A stretch of DNA of 63,311 nucleotides, the filler included, from Octopus bimaculoides (taxonomy: Eukaryota), in the NCBI RefSeq assembly GCF_001194135.2. It is 12 parts of 11 records of this genome, joined end to end, with 100 filler letters (N's around TTAATTAATTAA, not from the genome) between each part and the next. Parts side by side here need not be neighbours in the genome. Positions count along the whole stretch, not along the records: positions 1 to 1,070 come from NW_026352694.1; positions 1,171 to 13,681 come from NC_068992.1; 10 more parts are not named here. One strand, written 5' to 3'. A program made the position numbers and the translations under genes. Positions within the stretch are counted from its first letter, which is position 1. Each line of letters starts with the position of its first letter. Below the pieces are notes generated by a model. The model was not told the origin of the DNA. It was given only the letters and a program-made list of their open reading frames with translations, and ran no database searches. Shown piece after piece: positions 1-12,326 of this stretch.

Positions 1-31
<31 letters not shown>

Positions 32-602
32 ATGTATATATATATATTTGTATATATACATATAAATACACACATTCATAGACATGCATACATACAAACA
101 TATATGTGTGTATATATACATATAAACACACACATAATACAAACATGCATACATACATATATATATTTGTGCGTATATATACATATAAACACACACAATA
201 CAAATATGCATACATACATATATATACTGTATTTTAATGTGTATAAGGAACCCTTTTTTTGTCAAAAATTAGGTTTAAAAAATTGGGAGTTTCTTAAACA
301 TGGATAGTATTATAATCTCTTACAAAACCTTTTTTTCAAATTTTAACCCCCAAAATTAGGGGGTTCCTTATACACATTAAAATACAGTATACACACACAC
401 GCACACAACAACATGCATGTATGTATAATGCTATATTTTTGTTAAAACATGTCATGATTCTTCAAGTCAAGAGAAAAATCTGAAATATTCTGACATAAAA
501 CATTTTGGTTTTTACATTGTCTCATTATTCCTTTCTCTCTTTATACACACATGTATACATACATGTGTGTGTGTGTGTGAATATATTTTGTCTTTTATTC
601 TT

Positions 603-775
603 TTATTTGTTTCAGTCATTTGATTGCGGCCATGCTGGAGCACCGCCTTTAGTCGAACAAATCGACCCCCCCCACCCAGGTTTTATTCTTTGTAAGCCTA
701 GTACTTATTCTACGGGTCTCTTTTACTGAACCGCTAAGTATCGGTTGTCAAGCAATGTTGGGGGGACAAACATAT
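603..775 (-). mobile_element. tRNA-derived SINE family 1, 3' portion
   Basis: Reverse complement of the family-1 tail (…GGCCGCAATCAAATGACTGAAACAAATAAA); matches 11478-11690 and 11180-11395. Confidence 0.85.
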
Positions 776-789
776 ATGCCACACACATA

Positions 790-1060
790 CATACATACAG
801 ACGTGTATACAAATTTAATTTGCGGTCCATGGGAAGAGCTGTTTTAACGATGCATCCTGCCTAGCTCTTCGAAACGCCGGTGTTAAAATGGAGGTAGCTG
901 ATGAAGTAGAATGTTCTCTATGTGGCTTGTGTGTTTTCTCGTCTCTGTTTTGTTTGCAATGTCCTGTACCCAGATATGCACCTAAACATACAGGTGGATG
1001 TCGGTATGCACATACCTGTACGTATATATGCATATACTCATTTACCATTTGTTTTTATAT
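790..1060. repeat. Short microsatellite-flanked interspersed repeat (GTCCTGTACCC family)
   Basis: TGTCCTGTACCCAGATATGCACC block recurs at 22930-23075; a related segment lies inverted at 47615-47740; flanked by CA/TA repeats. Confidence 0.65.
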
Positions 1061-1170
1061 ATATATATATNNNNNNNNNNNNNNNNNNNNNNNNNNNNNN
1101 NNNNNNNNNNNNNNTTAATTAATTAANNNNNNNNNNNNNNNNNNNNNNNNNNNNNNNNNNNNNNNNNNNN

Positions 1171-1213
<43 letters not shown>

Positions 1214-2535
1214 TCTGTACATGTTACCATGCATAAAGCATTTTATATGATATATAAGAAACACGAAATTGGAGTTTACGTTAACATTGGTTGTGAGAAC
1301 GTAGAGCTTCGTTCAACCAAAAGATTGACTCTTTGTTAACGTACACAATACGACTTAGCTGTACAGTCACCATTGATATCTGGAATAGAAAACCTTCAGT
1401 AATTAGATTAGAGAACTAGTTGTTAAGAAATAAGGCAGGTATGTATAAAGAAACAGGTCGGATTGGTTAAGAAGCAGGGAACAGATATCAAAAATCTTAC
1501 AGAAAAGACATTGCAACCGCATTTGACCGCTACTGATAAACTGAATATAATTCTTGAGCTGTTTGCATTACTCCTCGCTTACTTTAAGATAACTGAGATA
1601 TCAACATGTCAATGTGTTTGGATAGGAGAGGTGTGACATGTCGGGAACCCTGCGACTGAAGGACTGACATGGACGTATGGAAATCGATTGCAATGCATAC
1701 GTTATGTTAACATGACGACCTGACTTAAATACTGAAGTGGTGTGAAATGTCTACGAAAATACTGGAAGTAATGAGTGCTTGAGATAGAAATGATCAGAAG
1801 TGAATGGTCATACCAGATGAGAAGATTTGTTAGCTTCTCCTTTGATTGATATATACAGAAGATAATAGTATGCCCAGTTTTGTGATTCAGTGAGTCATTT
1901 CGCGATCATAGATGACTGATAGCCCACAATAAGCCCGTCAACCATCAGCTGATAGTAGCGCAAAAGATATGGGACTTTTCCAAGCTCAACAACAGATTCT
2001 ACTCAGGGTAAATTTACAGAACCGATGACGGATGATATCTGAAAATATTTACGTACTGTTATATTTAAATCCAAATATTTACGTAATGTTATATTTAAAT
2101 TCAAACACTTTTGCTTTGGATTTTCTGGGAATTTGTAATTTTGGAGTCGCTTTAACAATACTCTCTTTTCAGAACTGGTGCTCTTAAAATCTTTATTATA
2201 AATATTATTTATGCTGTCGATGAAACAATATTTGAAGAATAATTTGCTGCAGAACATAATTATCTTCGACTTCCAACGAATACTAATTTATTGCAAATAT
2301 ATCGATCTACTAACAATCTACTTGTCAATATATTAACCTTCAGAATAATAGATAATAGAGTTAAATAGACAGATATACAAGGGAAAACACAAGGTAAAAA
2401 GAAAACAAGGTAAGGAAAGAAAATTGAATACAAGATGGAAAACAGAAACAGAAAATAAGAAACATAATTGACGACTTGCTAATATAAGGAACTAAAAATC
2501 CAAATGAATATCAACAAGTGTTTGTGTGGGTGCGT

Positions 2536-2641
<106 letters not shown>

Positions 2642-4444
2642 ATAAAGGATGGAAAAGAGAAAGATATCTAGTAAAATAAAGTTAAATAAAATTGATTAGA
2701 CACATATATACATGCACATGCGCACACAAACATATACACACACACACAGTTCAAGACACGCAGGCACACGTATACATACAAGTGCGTATGTGTGTGCGTG
2801 CGTGCGTGCACACATGCCTATCTGCATTGTGTGAGTCAGTGTGTATGTATTTTGAAATGTATTTTACGTAATGCAAGTAGTATAAAGTTTTAGCCAACCT
2901 TTACGTGTAAAATTGATGACTAATAACGCTCCACAACCGCTTGGCAAAAGCTGAGGTATTATCCGACATATTTTCCATCTTTATCGGATGCTGACGATTC
3001 TTACAGCTGTTTATATGTACTAAATATTATTATTTCACTAAATTGTGTGTTTCTTACTTTTAAATGTAAACTTTTATAAGCGATTCAAATTTTTAGCCAG
3101 AGTTCTGTACTGCTTATCAAAATATATAATTTAATGCAACATCAAACATGTCCAGTTTAACATATCAATAATTAAGTAGTTGGCTGTGTAGCTTGCAAAA
3201 GCTCCAATTAGGGCAAATTTATTTAGTGAAACCACGTTATTTAGTGTTTTTATATAGCAATGAGCTATATCACTCCACAAGCAGATCTAGGAGTGTGCCA
3301 TGCAAGAGATCTTGATAAGACCTGTAATACGATCAAGCCAATCTCTCTTTTCTGTGCAGGAGAAAATAAGAATGAGATGTTTGTTTATATCAGTCCACAT
3401 ATATTCAGTTACATATTTCAGCATTGGTTGAAAACTTGTTTTTATTTTAAAAGTTAGTTGCTGGTCTAAATTTCAACGTATCGGACACTTGATGGCTTGC
3501 ACATCAATAATTATGTATTTGACCACTTATCCAGTGAGAGCATTAACTATGCAAATTGGGCTATCCTATTTAGTGAAGTCACTTTCATATTGAATAGCTT
3601 TATCTTCTGCCTTACAGATAAAGGTGGGAGAGTGGTCCCTGAATATATTCCAACTAGAATCGACACCTAGAATAACCAATCTTCTTTTCATGTCTACGGA
3701 AAATGAAAAATCAATTTATTTATATTTGTCTAACAGTATTCAATTACTCATATCATTGTTAATAAAAACCGCTATTGCCCATATAAAATAAACCTTAACG
3801 TTCATTCTTATGGTGTTTACTACATCGAAATATTTGTTTACAAGGGAAAAATGCACTAAATACATATGTAAATAAGCATCATCGATTTGATGAAGTCATG
3901 ATAGTTAATGGCTCTAAATAGTGATATGTATCTCTTCTGGTAGATAAACATAGATGGTTGTATTGTATCAGAACTTGCTCCTAGATTAAAACCGATTCTA
4001 TCGAAAGCTCTATTTTATTTATTTTTTTTTGAGAGAGAGAAATGAAAAACAGTCTATGTTCAAATGTATCCCATTGTTTTCAATTACATCTCACAGTGTT
4101 GGGTCAAAATTTTCACTGATTATAAACATTACATGTTAATATGCATTTCAAAATACAACAACGAAAACACTAATTAAGCACCCCAAACCACTTTCGTAAC
4201 GTTAGAAGCGTCTATAAATCTATATTTCTCATTAAAACAAACAAAAATAAGTGCTTAATACAGATAAACTACCTAAATGTACATTTCAAAGTGTCGAACA
4301 CTTGGACCTTGTATTAATGTTTAGATTAATGTTTACCTGGACCTTATATTAATGTTTAGATTGTCTCTCTCAACCGTTCTTCATAATCTTTTATCCACTC
4401 TATTCCTTTCTTCCCTCTTCATTCTTGCGCCTTTCTCTCGTTCA

Positions 4445-4498
<54 letters not shown>

Positions 4499-4840
4499 NN
4501 NNNNNNNNNNNNNNNNNNNNNNNNNNNNNNNNNNNNNNNNNNNNNNNNNNNNNNNNNNNNNNNNNNNNNNNNNNNNNNNNNNNNNNNNNNNNNNNNNNNN
4601 NNNNNNNNNNNNNNNNNNNNNNNNNNNNNNNNNNNNNNNNNNNNNNNNNNNNNNNNNNNNNNNNNNNNNNNNNNNNNNNNNNNNNNNNNNNNNNNNNNNN
4701 NNNNNNNNNNNNNNNNNNNNNNNNNNNNNNNNNNNNNNNNNNNNNNNNNNNNNNNNNNNNNNNNNNNNNNNNNNNNNNNNNNNNNNNNNNNNNNNNNNNN
4801 NNNNNNNNNNNNNNNNNNNNNNNNNNNNNNNNNNNNNNNN

Positions 4841-5139
4841 TGTGTAAAGCGAGTGGGGTTGGGAGGTGAATGCTTGCGTGAAGGTAGTTTAAGTGCATAT
4901 TTATTATTTACGTTTGAGTGCTTATCTATTAGTTTCATTAATGAGCGAAATATGTTGGATTTGAGGTGCATGGCGAAAGAGATTACGAGCCAAATCTTAT
5001 CACTATTACGTTTAGTGTTAGTATTGTTAGTATTAATAATAATAAACGTAATAGTGATAAGATCTGGCTCGTAATCCCTTTCGCCATGCACTTCCAATCC
5101 AACATAGTTCGCTCATTAATGAAACTAGTAGATAAACAC
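4841..5139. repeat. Second copy of the central hairpin junction of the palindromic PLE
   Basis: Nearly identical to 6021-6320 (3 substitutions seen); abuts an N gap. Confidence 0.85.
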
Positions 5140-5599
5140 ATACATATATGCATATATATGTATGTATACATATATGTGTGTGTGTGTATATGTATATATA
5201 AATGTTATTGCTCGAAAAGCGAAGTAGAAAAACAACCAACAACTGATGAAGGATCGTTTTTCATGTTACTTGTCTTGTTTTCCATTTGTTTCCTTCGTTG
5301 TTCGTAAAAAAAGATCGTACTCCATGTTTTCGGATTTCATATTGTTTATGATCCGTGGTATCCATTGCCCATATATGAATGTATATACAAATATATGTAT
5401 TTACATATATATTTATATATTATTTATATTATTATATGATTGAACGCCACGCATCCATTTTCAACTACGTTTTATATATATATATATATATATATATAGG
5501 TATATATTCAAGAAGAAAATGGAGGGAAAATTACAGGAAGAACTTGGTCGTTTGCGCTAGTAAACCATTAATATAATTAAGAAAAGTAGTAGTAATAGT

Positions 5600-5653
5600 A
5601 CATTTATGATCGTTTCTGTTTACCAGTTGTAGTGGTAGACATCATCAGAATGT
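5600..5653 (-). ncRNA. Type I hammerhead ribozyme motif in the inverted pLTR (stem III mismatch)
   Basis: Minus strand: ACATT-CTGATGA-T-GTCTACCA…TGGTAAAC-A-GAAA-CGATCA-TA-AATGT. Confidence 0.75.
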
Positions 5654-7498
5654 AGAGTCATATGTAGAGGTAAGAAGAGCGAAAGACATAGGGATGTATT
5701 GGTAACGAGAATAAAGACAAAGAATGGTGAGTCTTACCTTATAGTAGATTTCTTAGTTGATAATTCTGCTGCGAAGTGCATGTAGGATGGCGGTTAAAAT
5801 AACTGTAGACCCAAGTTTAAGTAAGCGCATATTTTCCACGTGTTTATTCTGACTAGACTTTTCACCGGCGGTGTAAAGAAAGGGGGTTAACTCTAACACA
5901 TGGTGAAAACGGGGCTAACTCTATCCGGATTACTCAGTCCGGTGTGAGTAAGGAATTTATGTCTTTGGGACTTAAATTTGAAGGAAGTTTGTAGCAATGG
6001 ATGAAGCCTTTATTATGGGGTGTGTAAAGCGAGTGGGGTTGGGAGGTGAATGCTTGCGTGAAGGTAGTTTAAGTGCATATTTATTATTTACGTTTAAGTG
6101 CTTATCTATTAGTTTCATTAATGAGCGAAATATGTTGGATTTGAGGTGCATGGCGAAAGAGATTACGAGCCAGATCTTATCACTATTACGTTTAGTGTTA
6201 GTATTGTTAGTATTAATAATAATAAACGTAATAGTGATAAGATCTGGCTCGTAATCCCTTTCGCCATGCACCTCCAATCCAACATAGTTCGCTCATTAAT
6301 GAAACTAGTAGATAAACACATAAACGTAAATAATAAAAATGCAGCAATATTTAGAAATAAAATTAGAGTAGGCCACAGACTGACTAGTAACCCAGCTACC
6401 ACCATAGCTACGATTAATAATAAAAACCAGACATATTCTATGAAGCTAAGAATATTAGGAACAATAAATCTAACAACCAACAGACTAATAGAACAAATCC
6501 CATCACTAATGAAGCGTTTTCTAGTAACATAGACAAAGACTAGAGTAGTAATAGTCCCCACAACACAACGCAACACGAACACAGATATACCTAATAATGT
6601 ATGTGGCTGCAGGGATAGAAGTGCCAATTCTCTAATAGATGTAAGACTAAAAACGTAGTTTACTAATGTGACGAACACACAAATAGCCATATAAAATCCT
6701 ATATAGGAGTCACGAAAGACCAAATGATACTTAGGTACAACGCACACCAATCTAGCTTCAAAAATAGGAATAATGCAAATTCAACAGGGCTTTGTAGCTA
6801 ATATGGGAGCTTAAGAACAAAAAAAAAAAGAATATAGATTAGAATGGCGCATACTCGCAAAATCAACTTCTTATAACTCTACCAATAGACTGTGCGATCT
6901 TTGTTTAACCGAACGCCTGGAAATTCTAATGGCTAAGCCACTTCTTCTTAATAGAAAATATGAGAACAGTAATTTTTATATACATATAGCCCGCTTGACC
7001 CTGTACAAATCCTACGCTAACGTCTTCATCTAAATAATCACATTTAGCTGGAAACCACTTAAACTACTTACACGCAAATATTCACCTCCAAATCTCCACT
7101 CGCTTTACACACCCCATAATAAATTATTTTGCACCTACACAGGGCTTCTCCATTACAACGAACTTCCTACAACTTTAAGTTACAAAGACACATAAATTCC
7201 TTACTCACCCTGGACTGAGTAATCCGAATAGAGTTAGCCTCCTTTTCACCATGTGTTAGAGTTAACCCCCTTTCTTTACACCGACGGTGAAAAGTCTAGC
7301 CAGGATAAACACGTGGAAAATATGCGCTTACTTAAACTTGGGACTACAGATCAAAATAACCTCCGTCCTACATTCACTTGGCTGCAGAATTATCAACTAA
7401 GAAATCTACTATAAGGTAAGACTCACCATTCCTTGTCTTTATTCTTGTTACCAATACATCCCTTGTCTTTCGCTCTTCTTACCTCTACATATGACTCT

Positions 7499-7552
7499 GC
7501 ATTCTGATGAAGTCTACCACTACAACTGGTAAACAGAAACGATCGTAAATGT
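7499..7552 (+). ncRNA. Type I hammerhead ribozyme motif in the 3' pLTR
   Basis: GCATT-CTGATGA-A-GTCTACCA…TGGTAAAC-A-GAAA-CGATCG-TA-AATGT; palindromic stem III; GUA triplet. Confidence 0.85.
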
Positions 7553-7820
7553 ACTGTTACTACCACTTTTCTTTATTAATTAAATTAATGGCTTACTAGC
7601 GCAAACGACCAAGTTCTTCCTGTTATATTTCCTCCATTTTCTCCTTGCATATAATTTAAACTACGGTTTACCCGCTGAACTACCTGCTACTGTATACCTT
7701 TTACCAAGGACTGTACCTATGCAGGTAATCACCAGGAGCGCCTTTAGATTTAATCATCCCTTAGAGTTTTTAAACACCTCTAACTTATACCTGTATACGT
7801 ATATATGCATATATATGTAC

Positions 7821-7851
<31 letters not shown>

Positions 7852-7861
7852 NNNNNNNNNN

Positions 7862-7895
<34 letters not shown>

Positions 7896-7949
7896 TGTGT
7901 GTGTCTGTGTGTGTGTGTGCGCGCGTGTGTATACGTTTATATATTCGTT

Positions 7950-8200
7950 TTGCAAGATTCTTGATGTGAATTCGTATGTTGAAACAGATATTGTTGTATT
8001 TGGGGATGGTCATGTTGCCAGCTTAGCCAATAAAATTAGGGTTAGGGTTATATATTTGGTGTTCTCTTGCTTCAGCTTTATTTTATATTCATTGAATTGC
8101 AGTCAGATTTTTTTCGTCACACTTCTGTGACCTCATCAGTGGTCTTTTGCTTTCTTTGTTCTTTTTTGTGTCTCTCCTTACTAATGATCTACCATTTTGT
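7950..8200 (-). mobile_element. Short microsatellite-bounded element with degenerate HHR (copy 1)
   Basis: Homologous to 34010-34265; minus strand GACCA-CTGATGA-G-GTCAC-AGAAGT-GTGAC-GAAA at 8101-8144; stems I and III decayed. Confidence 0.7.
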
Positions 8201-8499
8201 ATTCCTATTGTATGTGCCTTTATTTGCGCATGCGTAAATATCTGTGTGTCTATGTTTAGTAAGTGTGTGTGGGGGGATGTGCCCGCATTATCAGTATCCC
8301 CTGTTTATACACGTTTGTTTGATCTACTTTTATCTATTTTATTCATTTGTTTATATCTACTTACTTTTTCTTTTCTATCTATTTTTTGTATTACTTTAAT
8401 TTAATTTATTCTGGTAATGTATACAGTTATTTAATTCCATTCATTGTATTATACTCATATTATTATCAGTCTATGGGGATCTTATTCTGTCATACGTTG

Positions 8500-10090
8500 T
8501 GGTGTGTTGGGGTGTATTTTAGTGTTCCATTCTAGTTTCCTAATCAGGCTAGGTTTGTCTTTTATTATGTGTGTAGCTTCCGTTATTTGTCTAAGCGTTG
8601 CGTCTGTTCTCTGTGTGTCCAAGATTTTAACTTTTATGTTGTTGAGTGATCCCCGTGTTTCTGCTCGGCGTGCTGTTATAGAATCGATGAGCTCTTCTCT
8701 TCCTTAAGTTCCATCCAATGCTTTATACCCGCTCTCCTATGCTCCCTGCTGTCTCCCCTACGTACGACGCTGTTGTCTTGTTACTGCACCGTCCCTCTGT
8801 ACATCTTATATTATAGACTAGCTTTACAGTTTGTTTGTGAGCTAAATCTACATGCAATACAGTTCCTATCAGTACAGGGGATTCTACTAAAAGGGTAGGT
8901 TCTACCGATTAGGGATTTGAAAGGGTTACCTAGCCTTTCTACAACCTTAATTCTTAGCTTAAGTTTGTCTAGGGCCCTTCTAAAGCGGTACGCTTTAGAA
9001 GGGGTGGTGTCAACGAAAATGACACTCTGCTATTTGTGGCTATCACACCATGAGATGGCTTTCCCTATTTTCTTCTTAGTCCTTTAAAAGGTGTTCCATG
9101 ATTTGCTCCTATAGAGTGCGCAAATAGTATGATAGTTTCAAATTTCCTCATGGCTCCTTTGTATACTCTGATCTTTTCCCTTTGGCTGTATCCTGAGAAC
9201 TGCATGCGGTGAACGTAGTATTGTATGTATCGCTTTAACTCTGTTGGGTCACATGATGGACACATTTCTCATTACTCTGATGAGGTTTGCCATGGATAAA
9301 TAGAATTTGGCATTGTCCGCGATAGCTGAGTTCCGGTGAATCAGGTATTTGGAGGCCATGGGTTTGGCATGGTATGAGTGAATGACTTGGGTTTTATTAT
9401 TCACAGTTTCCAGTCAAAGATCTCTATCTAGTACTGGTTAGGGTGTTTCGTAGGGTAGTCTATCGTGACCTTAATACTCTGGTGGATGGAGTTAGCTGTT
9501 TGCTGGATGCTCTCCATAGTATTAGTTTCTATTTCTATTCCAAGAGCACTCTCTTGTGGGGTTGCTTTTACCACTATACTGATATGATCAACATAGCGAG
9601 AGTACATGTTCATGAGTATGGAGTTCTGTGTCAGGCGTTCTTTAAGCCTTCTGTCCCATCATACCATGAAAAGGCTGGCCACATCACCGGTGATACTAAC
9701 CCTGATGGCTTCCCCCTCAACCTGGGCGTAAATTTTGTTGTTAAACTTAAAGGTGTGGCCTTTTAGGGTAGATCCTAGTGCATGTTCGACCATTTTCTTT
9801 ACTTCATATTCGTTTTCGGGGGTCCGTATGGATCTGGTCCATCCACTCCATCTCTCTATAGGAGTTTTCCTAGCCATAGATGTAATTGTGGGTGGTCTAC
9901 CTCTTAAGCATCTACTGGGGCAGAAACTTCTAAAGTCGTATTTGTCTAGGACAATGAATATCTAGACAAATATTTTATAATGGAATGGAAGGTTTATGAT
10001 ACCTATGGAGTATCTCCTTCTCCCATTATAACTATTTTTGTAGTTTCAAGGACCTGGAACGGGTCACCAATTTGTAACGTCCATGCGAAG
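8500..10090 (-). mobile_element. Degenerate Penelope-like element (RT plus GIY-YIG), second family
   Basis: Fragments RGRPPTIT…HTFKFNNKIYAQVEGEAIRVSITGDVASLFMV, MYSRYVDHISIVV, KPMASKYLIHRNSAI, IKVVERLGNPFKSLIGRTYPFSRIPCTDRNCIAC, LVYNIRC…YVGETAGSIGER…QHAEQKHG; stops and frameshifts. Confidence 0.9.
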
Positions 10091-10772
10091 CGAGGTGTTT
10101 TTTGTTGTATATGTATTATTATCATTATTAATTGTCTTCGTGTGGCCCTAAGCCTTTAATCTGTCTATCGTTTAGTCCCTCGTCCGTCCACTAACGGTCT
10201 CGTCTCGAGCCCGTCTCGTTTTGTTCTTATTCCTGACAAGTTTCTTGTCGGTGCCGCCAGAATGGAAGCAATATATGTCGATAATGGCTGAAATTACGTT
10301 TGACCCTCTGGCCGATAACTGATGAAGAGTTGGTGACGTTCTGTATGTAATATATTGAAAATAGCACTACTAGGCACCGCACACATCCTACGAAAAGCAC
10401 GATCAATACAGTAAACATAACATTAAAACAAATCACAACACCCTCCCAAGGCACAGAGTGCTGTGCTCAGTAGTGCGGTGAATGCACGTAGTAAATATTT
10501 TAATAATAATAATAATAACAATAACAACAACAACAACAACAACAACAAAAATTCGTTACAGATTTAGGCACAAGGTCAGCAATTACCAGGTAATGTGGTT
10601 TGTTGCTTAAATCGACACATTTTAGATTAGAACTACATATTATTTACACCATTTGAGATGAAAAACAACGGTGACATGTTTCAAATATCCTGTGACCATG
10701 TGAGAAGTGTGATATAAATTTATGTGACACTATTTCTTATAAACCTATATAATGTTTAGAAAATAAATTGGT

Positions 10773-10965
10773 ACAGAACCGATGAGCTCTTCTCTTCCTT
10801 AAGTTCCCTCCAATGCTTTATACCCGCTCTCCTATGATCCATGCTGTCTCCCCTACGTACGTCGTTGTCTTGTTACTGCACCGTCCCTCTGTATATATAG
10901 ACTAGTTTTACAGTTTGTTTGTGGGTTAAATCTATATACAATACAGTTCCTATCAACACAGGGAA
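10773..10965 (-). mobile_element. Partial same-orientation duplicate of the GIY-YIG region of the 8500-10090 PLE
   Basis: GATGAGCTCTTCTCTTCCTTAAGTTCC…CAGTTCCTATCA matches about 8685-8875 with small indels. Confidence 0.85.
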
Positions 10966-11179
10966 CAAAACAACGAACAACAATAACAACAGCAACAACA
11001 ACAACAATAACAACAGCAACAACGAACAACAATAATAGTTTTTCTACTATTGGTACAAATTTTGAGAGAGGGAACTAGCCAATAAGATCGATGCCGAAAG
11101 GATGGAAGGCAAAGGCAACCTCGTGGGACGTGACACAGCTAAGCATTCAGTCCGGTGAAGTAAATAATAATAATGACGA

Positions 11180-11395
11180 TCTTTTATCTATATTTTACTC
11201 GTTTCAGTCATCAGACTGCGGCCATGCTGGGGCACCGCCTTGAAGAATGTTGATCGAATGAATCGACCCCAGGGCGTTTTTTTAAAAGCCTTGTACTTAT
11301 TCTATCGATATCTTTTGCTAAACCACTAAGTTACGGGGACTTAAACACACCAACCCCGGCTGGCAAGCGGTAGTAGGGGGGGACAAACACAGAAA
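11180..11395 (-). mobile_element. SINE family 1, 3' portion
   Basis: TTTCAGTCAT…GGCCATGCTGGGGCACCGCC…GGGGGACAAACAC; matches 603-775. Confidence 0.8.
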
Positions 11396-11452
<57 letters not shown>

Positions 11453-11477
11453 GTATCAAATTGATAATAATAGTAAT

Positions 11478-12060
<583 letters not shown>

Positions 12061-12110
12061 AGAAAGGTGGAACGCTTCACGAATTTGCATGCCATCCTTG
12101 CGCAGGGGCC

Positions 12111-12143
<33 letters not shown>

Positions 12144-12166
12144 AATATGTACCGCCGTAGCTGGTA
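12061..12166 (-). pseudogene. U6: U6 snRNA copy (probable retrocopy)
   Basis: Minus strand …ACATATTCTAAAATTGGAACGATACAGAGAAGATTAGCATGGCCCCTGCGCAAGGATGGCATGCAAATTCGTGAAGCGTTCCACCTTTCT matches metazoan U6 including ACAGAGA box and AGC triad; no TATA at -30; 3' oligo-T interrupted. Confidence 0.95.
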
Positions 12167-12223
12167 ATAATAATAATAATTTCTTAAGTAACCAGAAGAT
12201 GGATTTGGTATTAATCTTTATTT

Positions 12224-12326
12224 TGTACAACGGTCGTTTCGACCCATCCTGCTACTGTACCTTATGTATAGTTCTCCGTTCAATATGTGTTGCATTCATG
12301 TTGCAATCTGGGTCTCGTCAGGTACA
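12224..12326 (-). ncRNA. Type I hammerhead ribozyme with long stem II insertion
   Basis: Minus strand: TGTAC-CTGACGA-GACCCA-(62 nt)-TGGGTC-GAAA-CGACCG-TT-GTACA, followed by AATAAA. Confidence 0.8.

Larger units (their letters stand above)
5501..7800 (+). mobile_element. 5'-truncated Penelope-like element with inverted 5' arm (head-to-head palindrome), linker plus GIY-YIG endonuclease and pseudo-LTRs
   Basis: + strand encodes KRNSDKIWLVIPFAMHLQSNIVRSLMKLVDKH (PLE linker), then with frameshifts CGCRDRS…CKTKNVVY*C…SYIGVT…RYNAHQSSF…IWELKNKKKEYRLEWRILAKS…LCDLCLTERLEIL…LLLNRK. 5501-6074 is the reverse complement of 7057-7653. Both ends abut TA repeats. Confidence 0.9.

Noticed and set aside
3340-3680. 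Plus-strand acceptor-like tracts at about 3360 and 3618 followed by short open frames
   Set aside because: No paired donors and no recognisable protein; insufficient support
4841-5139. Apparent second copy of the PLE hairpin junction as a true tandem duplication
   Set aside because: Abuts a gap and differs at only about 3 positions; could be an uncollapsed haplotype. Unresolved without long reads
9270-9300. Other CTGATGA hits (9278; minus strand at about 40340 and 42915)
   Set aside because: Inside retroelement coding sequence or lacking stem II/GAAA partners
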